From Candidatus Omnitrophota bacterium (GTDB lineage: Bacteria; Omnitrophota; Gorgyraeia; Duberdicusellales; 4484-171), in contig JAHKAJ010000035.1 in NCBI GenBank assembly GCA_018826075.1, positions 15,069 through 79,068 on the forward strand: a DNA stretch of 64,000 nucleotides. Reading direction: 5' to 3'. Within the stretch, counting starts at the first letter, position 1, and each line of letters begins with the position of its first letter. A model generated the notes under the pieces. The model was not told the origin of the DNA. It ran no database searches and saw only the letters and a program-made list of their open reading frames with translations. Of the stretch, positions 58,193 through 64,000 are shown one piece after another. The position numbers and the translations under genes are program-made.

Positions 58193-59482
58193 ATGTCCGA
58201 AAAAAGAATAGCTATTACCGGCTTAGGCCCTTTAACTCCCATCGGAGCAGGTAAAACTGCCCTTTGGGATGCCTTGTTAAAGGGAAAAACTAATTTAAAA
58301 CTAGAAGAATGTTTTATTGACGGAGAGCTTTGGGAGAAATTCTACTTACATAAGATTGATAATTTTGACATTAAGAGTTTCGGTATCGATAAACAAACCC
58401 TTAAGGAAATCAAAACATGGAAAGAAGGCCAGGAAATCATAGATTTATATTATCTCTTGGCTTCAATAAAATTAGCCTTAGATGACAGCAAATTAGAATA
58501 TGATTTAGAAGATAATGATATTGCTTGCGTAGTCGCCCATGAGAACGCCGGCTTAGAGCAGTATATTTCTCAATGCATTGACTCTTTTGATAGCTTGAGA
58601 AAGGAATCTTCTTCAATTACCAAAAAGGGTCTTTCCGAAAAATACCACTACGCTACTATTAAAAGCGCCTACGACTTACAAACCTTTATGGTTATGTTCC
58701 ACGTTCTAAGGGCTTTTAAAATCCACGGTTATTCTTCAATTATAAATAACGCTTGTGCTTCCGGGTTATACGCTTTAGAGACAGCCAGCCAGATAATTAA
58801 AAGCGGCAGAAGTAAAACAGTGATTGTAGCCTCTTCAGATTATCCCCGGATATATAAGTATTTATGGTTTAAAGACCTGAACATGTATTCTTCCGATGGC
58901 TTAGTAAGGCCCTTTGGTAAAGATGCTAATGGCATTGTTTTTGGAGACGGCGGCTGTGGTTTAGTGATGGAGGATTTAGAGCAGGCTAAAAAAAGAAAAG
59001 CAAAAATTTATGCAGAATATTTAGGTGGAGGATTTTCTCAGGAAGGCTGGAAGGTAATTTATCCTAAGATCGGAAGTAATTTTTATCAAAAAGCCATAAA
59101 AGAAGCTTTAAAGTTTGGCAAGGTTAACAAAGAAGAAGTTGATTTGGTCTGCGCTCACGGAGTAGGAAATGTAGTTATAGATAGTTATGAGGCTAAAGCA
59201 ATCACTGATGTTTTTGGCCCTAACCCTAAAAACCCTTTAATTACTGCTTTTAAGCCTTACATTGGACATAACCTAGGTGGGAGCAATTTATTAGAGACTG
59301 CTATACTCATGCTTTGTTTAGAAAATAATCTAGTATTGCCGGTTTTAAACGTCAAGGAAACTCATCCTAAAATGCAAATGGATGTAGTAAAAGAAAAAGT
59401 CTCCAAAGATTTAAAAACCGTCCTGAAAACATGTTGTGCTTTTGCCGGCTATAATGGAGCAGCTGTCTTTAGAAAGATTTAA
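58193..59482 (+). CDS. Divergent beta-ketoacyl-ACP synthase (FabF/KS-like)
   Basis: ITGLG, NACASG, RPF, AHGVG, K.YIGH.LG, AFAGYN. Confidence 0.88.
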   Translation: MSEKRIAITGLGPLTPIGAGKTALWDALLKGKTNLKLEECFIDGELWEKFYLHKIDNFDIKSFGIDKQTLKEIKTWKEGQEIIDLYYLLASIKLALDDSKLEYDLEDNDIACVVAHENAGLEQYISQCIDSFDSLRKESSSITKKGLSEKYHYATIKSAYDLQTFMVMFHVLRAFKIHGYSSIINNACASGLYALETASQIIKSGRSKTVIVASSDYPRIYKYLWFKDLNMYSSDGLVRPFGKDANGIVFGDGGCGLVMEDLEQAKKRKAKIYAEYLGGGFSQEGWKVIYPKIGSNFYQKAIKEALKFGKVNKEEVDLVCAHGVGNVVIDSYEAKAITDVFGPNPKNPLITAFKPYIGHNLGGSNLLETAILMLCLENNLVLPVLNVKETHPKMQMDVVKEKVSKDLKTVLKTCCAFAGYNGAAVFRKI

Positions 59483-59491
59483 AACAGCAAT

Positions 59492-61522
59492 ATGAATTTT
59501 GTATTTTCTCTTCTAGGGTTGATATTAGGCTTAACCTGTTCGGCATTAGTTATTATCCTAACGCTATACCGGAAAACCAGAATTCATTTTATCTGGCTGT
59601 TCTTTAATGTTGTAGTAGCGATTTGGGGATTTGGCGCTTTTTTTATTGGAAGGGCAACCAGCCCCCAAGAAGGGATAATTGCCTGGAGATTATCGCATAT
59701 TGGGGTAATTTTCATCGCTGTGCTCTTTTTTCACACCGCTTGCATTCTTTGTGATATTGAAAGCAAGCTTAAAAAAGTAATTCTTTTTGCTTACCTGCAG
59801 GGCGCTTTTTTTCTGTGCCTTAATGCCACACCTTTATTTATTTCCAAGACCAGAATAATTTTCGACTCTATTTATTACAACCAATCCACCGGTTTATTTT
59901 ATCCGGTTTTTTTCTTTATCTGGGTGGTTTTGGTTATTTGGGGCCATATCGAATTAATCCGGCATTACCGAATAGCTTCCGGCCTTAAACGAAATCAAAT
60001 ACTCTATTTTTTTACCGGTATGTTAGTAGGATTTTCCGGGGGAACGACTAATTTTTTCCCGATGTTTAAATTAGATATTTTTCCTTTCGGCAATATCACC
60101 ATCCCGATCTACTGCATTATTGTTACCTACGCTATATTAAAATATCGCCTGATGGATATAAAACTGGCTATTACCCGGGTAGGTATATTTATTTTAGTTT
60201 ATCTTTTTGCCTTAGGCATACCTTTATTTTTAGGCTATAAATATAATAGTTGGAAATTATCTACTTATTTAGCGATCATATTAGCTTCAATAAGTTCTTT
60301 CGCCTATGATTATTTGCGCCGGAGAGCCGAAAATATCCTTTTACATGAGCAGAATCGTTATCAACGGGCCTTAAAGGATTTTTCATCAACCCTTATTTTT
60401 ATCCGGGATATTGAGGAGCTTTCCCAGAAGGTGGTTATTAAGATAATGGATGCGGTAAAGTTGGATTTTTGCGCTATATATTTAAAGCAAGACGGTGTAT
60501 TTTCTTTGCGCAGTAAAAAGGCTATGAATCATCCGCAGTTACCTTCGGCAATTGAAGGTAGCAGCCAATTTGTAAATTCTTTTAACAACACAAATGCACC
60601 GGTATTAGGCGACTATCTTCCGCGTTTAGAAAATGTCCGGCTGGGTTTAGTTTCGCCATTATTTCTTAATCAGAATCTCTACGGTTTTATTGTTTTAGGC
60701 CCGAAAGAAAAGGACGCCTTATTTACCGATACTGACATAGACGCCTTCAGTATTGTTTCTAACCAGACCTCTTTAGCCTTATCCGAGATCTATTATTTCA
60801 ATGAGTTTCAGAAGGCAACCGAAGAAAAATACAAGTTATTAGTGGAAAAAGAACGCCTGCAAAGCGCCTTTGAAATCGCCGAGGCCTACCGCCACGAGCT
60901 GGGAAATATTCTTAATATCATCTCAACCTCTTTAGGTAATCTTATGTTTATCGGAGATACCACTCCTACCAAAGAAGAAATAGAGCAGACTAGAAAATCT
61001 ATCAATAATAATGTTAAGAGAGGCCATAAAATATTCAGCGCTATAAGCGAATATAACGAGAGCTCTAAGTTAGAGCCTAAAGAAGCAAGATTGGACGAAC
61101 TAATAAAAGCGGCAATCAACGATAAGGAAGAGGATTTATCTAAAAATAATATCAGCCTTAAGGCAGACATAGGAGAAAATATAGCCTTGCTGGCTAATGA
61201 TAACCTTATCTCTGCTTTAAGGTATTTCTTAGAAGGCGCAATTGGCGCTATAGAGTATGTTAATCCTAAAGTCCGGCTTATAGATATAAAGCTCAAAAGT
61301 CAGGACGGTTTGGCTGAGCTTATTATTTCCGATACCGGCGGTGATGCCACTGCTGATAAGTTGTACACCGGAATCGGTATTGAAAGAGCTAAAGAAGGTG
61401 GCATACTTTACTTTATCGCCCGCCGGATCATCTTTGACCATCAGGGGAAACTGGAAATGGTTTCTTTTGATAACGGCAAAGGCACAAGCTTTCTGATAAA
61501 AATTCCTTTAAAAAAAGTTTGA
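59492..61522 (+). CDS. Multi-TM (7TM-type) GAF histidine-kinase-like sensor with degenerate ATP-binding domain
   Basis: Hydrophobic N-terminus ending YAILKYRLMDI, GAF, RHELGN H-box, DTGG, GKGTSF; N and G2 boxes altered. Confidence 0.8.
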   Translation: MNFVFSLLGLILGLTCSALVIILTLYRKTRIHFIWLFFNVVVAIWGFGAFFIGRATSPQEGIIAWRLSHIGVIFIAVLFFHTACILCDIESKLKKVILFAYLQGAFFLCLNATPLFISKTRIIFDSIYYNQSTGLFYPVFFFIWVVLVIWGHIELIRHYRIASGLKRNQILYFFTGMLVGFSGGTTNFFPMFKLDIFPFGNITIPIYCIIVTYAILKYRLMDIKLAITRVGIFILVYLFALGIPLFLGYKYNSWKLSTYLAIILASISSFAYDYLRRRAENILLHEQNRYQRALKDFSSTLIFIRDIEELSQKVVIKIMDAVKLDFCAIYLKQDGVFSLRSKKAMNHPQLPSAIEGSSQFVNSFNNTNAPVLGDYLPRLENVRLGLVSPLFLNQNLYGFIVLGPKEKDALFTDTDIDAFSIVSNQTSLALSEIYYFNEFQKATEEKYKLLVEKERLQSAFEIAEAYRHELGNILNIISTSLGNLMFIGDTTPTKEEIEQTRKSINNNVKRGHKIFSAISEYNESSKLEPKEARLDELIKAAINDKEEDLSKNNISLKADIGENIALLANDNLISALRYFLEGAIGAIEYVNPKVRLIDIKLKSQDGLAELIISDTGGDATADKLYTGIGIERAKEGGILYFIARRIIFDHQGKLEMVSFDNGKGTSFLIKIPLKKV

Positions 61523-61603
61523 TTTTAGTTTTTAAGAAAGCGTAATTTTTAGTTGTCAGATAGCGCTTTTTGTGGATAATGTAGGTTTAAGCAAACTTCA
61601 AAA

Positions 61604-63037
61604 ATGACTGAAATTTTACAAAAGTATCTTTTAGAGGCCGTTGGGAAAAACCGCCAGGATTTACCGGAAACTAACATTTATCGGGAAATCGGTTTTGACG
61701 GTAACAGTAAACGCTTGGGTTGGGTTAAACCGGCTTCTTTTAGCCGGATAAAACAGTCGCTTCAGGATATTTTGCCGATCCTAGAGGGTAAAGAGATTTT
61801 TATTTTTGTGGGCATGGGTGGTTCGATAAACGGGATCAAGCCGTTGATATCGCTTTTGGGCCCTGAACAATGCTATGTTTTAGATAATTTAGACCCCCGG
61901 GCGATCTCCTCATTGGCTGCTGGTTTAAAAAATTTTTCAAAAACGTTAGTGGTTTTGATATCTAAATCGGGAACCACCAAGGAAACTCAGCTACTGGCTA
62001 AAACTTTACAGGAGTTATTTTGCGCCCAAGCACCAGGAGAACGGCAAAAAAATTTCCTTTGGTTGAGCGACCCCTCATCATTCGATAAACTTAATTCTTT
62101 AGGCTGGCAGGAGGTAGCTAAAGCCGCGATCCAGTTTGATTCCCAAAGCGATATCGGCGGAAGGTTTTCTTCACCGAATACCCTGATATTTTTTCTACCG
62201 TTATTTTTACTGCTAAAAAAAGATTTTAGCCGGCTGGAGAAAACATATAACCTTTTTTTAAGTTTTGAGAAGGCAATTAAAGAGGAAGCTTATCAAAAAG
62301 CCTCTGCCTGCAAGGATAAGCCGGAAGCTTATTTTTCTCCCTTGATCGACCCTTGTCTGGGTGAGTCATTTTCTTCATGGATAATCCAGTTGTTTCAGGA
62401 GTCTTTAGGTTCAAAAGACCCTAAACTTTCAGTTAAGACTATACCCAATTTAAAAGGCCAGGGCCGGTTCTGTCCTTTGAAACTTGATTTAAAAATAAAC
62501 GATAAATCAGTTGAACTTATAGCCCAGATGTATTTTTTCCAGGTGTTTATCGCCTATTATTCAGCTTTTAAGAAAATTAATTTTGTTTCTCAAGACTATG
62601 TCGAGGAGTATAAGCAGCAAATGCGCCGGCTGGAAGGGGAAGCCCGAAAAGAGCTGAAAATCCAAGCTGAAGATTTAGCCAGCCTTGCCCGGAAAATTAA
62701 ACCCTGTCTTAGCAAAGATTTTTCCTTTATTGAAGTGGTGCTTTATTTTGATCCTCAGCCCGGCCAGGCAGAAGCTATCAAGGATTTTTTGGAAAAAGAA
62801 TTCAACGATAAACAGGTCTTAGTTTTTATCGGCAGCGATTGGAATCACCAGTCATATCAGGCAGCTTTTGGCGCTAAAGATACTTTTTACCTGCTGCTAG
62901 TTTTAAGCGACTATCCGAAGTCGCTGGTTTCGTTACCTGATGAGATTTTAGACCGTAACATAGAAGCTTTAAGATTGATTGCTCAGGCCACCTATCTTAC
63001 TATTAAAGATAAGTCAGTTCTTGCGGCCTTAAAATAG
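61604..63037 (+). CDS. Divergent glucose-6-phosphate isomerase-like (SIS) protein
   Basis: GMGGS, SKSGTTKET, IGGRFS, QL.QES.G, Q..VE..K. Confidence 0.8.
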   Translation: MTEILQKYLLEAVGKNRQDLPETNIYREIGFDGNSKRLGWVKPASFSRIKQSLQDILPILEGKEIFIFVGMGGSINGIKPLISLLGPEQCYVLDNLDPRAISSLAAGLKNFSKTLVVLISKSGTTKETQLLAKTLQELFCAQAPGERQKNFLWLSDPSSFDKLNSLGWQEVAKAAIQFDSQSDIGGRFSSPNTLIFFLPLFLLLKKDFSRLEKTYNLFLSFEKAIKEEAYQKASACKDKPEAYFSPLIDPCLGESFSSWIIQLFQESLGSKDPKLSVKTIPNLKGQGRFCPLKLDLKINDKSVELIAQMYFFQVFIAYYSAFKKINFVSQDYVEEYKQQMRRLEGEARKELKIQAEDLASLARKIKPCLSKDFSFIEVVLYFDPQPGQAEAIKDFLEKEFNDKQVLVFIGSDWNHQSYQAAFGAKDTFYLLLVLSDYPKSLVSLPDEILDRNIEALRLIAQATYLTIKDKSVLAALK

Positions 63038-63051
63038 TTAAAGGAGGAGAC

Positions 63052-63999
63052 ATGGATAAAGTTATTCAAAGATTAAGGGAACGGGCAAAAGTCGATCCTC
63101 GGGTAATAGTTTTTCCGGAAGCTGACGATGAGAGAGTAGTCGAGGCAGTCAAACGGATCGAGGAGGAGGGGATAGCTAAGCCACTCCTGCTTACTCAGGA
63201 TAATCTTGAGCCTGAGCGCCAGGAGGAGTTTGCCAATCTTTTTTTTGAACGCAAACAAGCCAAGGGCGTAACTTTCGAGGAAGCCAGGGAGTTAATGGAA
63301 AATCCCTTGTATTACGGCACAATGTTGACTCGTTACGGACATGCTGAAGGATTTGTTGCCGGGGCAAAGTTCACCACTTCTTCGGTCATCCGCTCTGCCT
63401 TAAGCTGTTTGGAAGTCGATAAACAGGCCGGGATAGTTTCCAGTTGTTTTATCATGGCAGTGCCTAATTGTTCTTATGGAGAAAGGGGAGTTTTTATCTA
63501 TGCTGACTGCGGAGTGATTCCTTATCCTACCAGTGAACAGTTAGCCAATATTGCTATTTCCTGTGCTCGTTTTTCCCGGGATGTTTTAGAGATTACCCCC
63601 AGAGTTGCCCTGTTGAGTTTTTCCACTAAGGGTAGCGCTGAAGGACGCTGGGTGGATAAGATAAAAGAAGCTGTAGAAATAGCTAAGGGAAAAAACAGCG
63701 GTTTTTTGATTGACGGGGAGTTGCAGGGTGACAGCGCGTTGGTTGAGTCAGTGGCTGCCCGCAAACTGGGAGAAAGTCAGGTTGCCGGAAAAGCCAATGT
63801 TCTGATTTTCCCTAACTTAGATGCCGGTAATATTTGTTATAAATTGACCCAGCGCTTGGCCAATGCCCGGGCAATCGGCCCGATCGTTTTAGGGACTTTG
63901 CAGCCTTGCAGTGACCTTTCCCGGGGCTGCGAAGTAGAGGACATTATCGACTGCGCTGCAGTTACTGTAATTCGGGCCCAGAAAAGAAACAAACCATGA
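63052..63999 (+). CDS. pta: Phosphate acetyltransferase
   Basis: IVFPE, ADC, LSFSTKGS, DGELQ.D, FPNLDAGNI.YK, DLSRGC; TGA stop at 63997. Confidence 0.95.
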   Translation: MDKVIQRLRERAKVDPRVIVFPEADDERVVEAVKRIEEEGIAKPLLLTQDNLEPERQEEFANLFFERKQAKGVTFEEARELMENPLYYGTMLTRYGHAEGFVAGAKFTTSSVIRSALSCLEVDKQAGIVSSCFIMAVPNCSYGERGVFIYADCGVIPYPTSEQLANIAISCARFSRDVLEITPRVALLSFSTKGSAEGRWVDKIKEAVEIAKGKNSGFLIDGELQGDSALVESVAARKLGESQVAGKANVLIFPNLDAGNICYKLTQRLANARAIGPIVLGTLQPCSDLSRGCEVEDIIDCAAVTVIRAQKRNKP

Positions 64000-64000
64000 A

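Noticed and set aside
1-64000. Many short minus-strand or alternate-frame ORFs in the track (e.g. 30583-31248, 17944-18384, 53871-54314)
   Set aside because: They lie antisense to or inside well-supported genes and have no motifs; shadow ORFs

Overview
Bacterial chromosomal segment with moderately low GC. Gene content (putative porin, DUF1015, tandem GGDEF genes, 7TM kinase, short HrcA) suggests an anaerobic diderm, possibly PVC/Candidatus Omnitrophota; this is an inference. Every called gene is on the + strand except efp. Layout: (1) 1-12.8 kb, housekeeping and RNA metabolism (glnS, FKBP/SlyD, RRM, DEAD-box, HI0933, maf, dusB, corA, marC, an unusual efp, rubredoxin-SOR). (2) 12.8-21.4 kb, Pho regulon (phoBR, Pho boxes, small ORF, porin, pstSCAB, ArsC-PhoU fusion). 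(3) 21.4-42.1 kb, patchwork of accessory modules (nikR-nikMN, Fur-led ORP/NifX-ATPase-DUF2099 operon, MATE, PiT, Acr3, radical SAM, GH15, Rrf2-TSUP, methyltransferase). (4) miaB-miaA-hflX, then a heat-shock cluster with HspR-like and HrcA regulators and two CIRCE sites. (5) accD, MalK-like ATPase, two diguanylate cyclases, an ACP-ketosynthase-7TM kinase module, pgi-like, pta. The most striking signal is a set of repeated truncated copies of the miaB 5' end and its leaderless-type promoter, separating cargo genes upstream of the intact miaB. This looks like a polar, integrase-less gene-capture array anchored in miaB. No tRNA, rRNA, CRISPR array, transposase or integrase was recognised.
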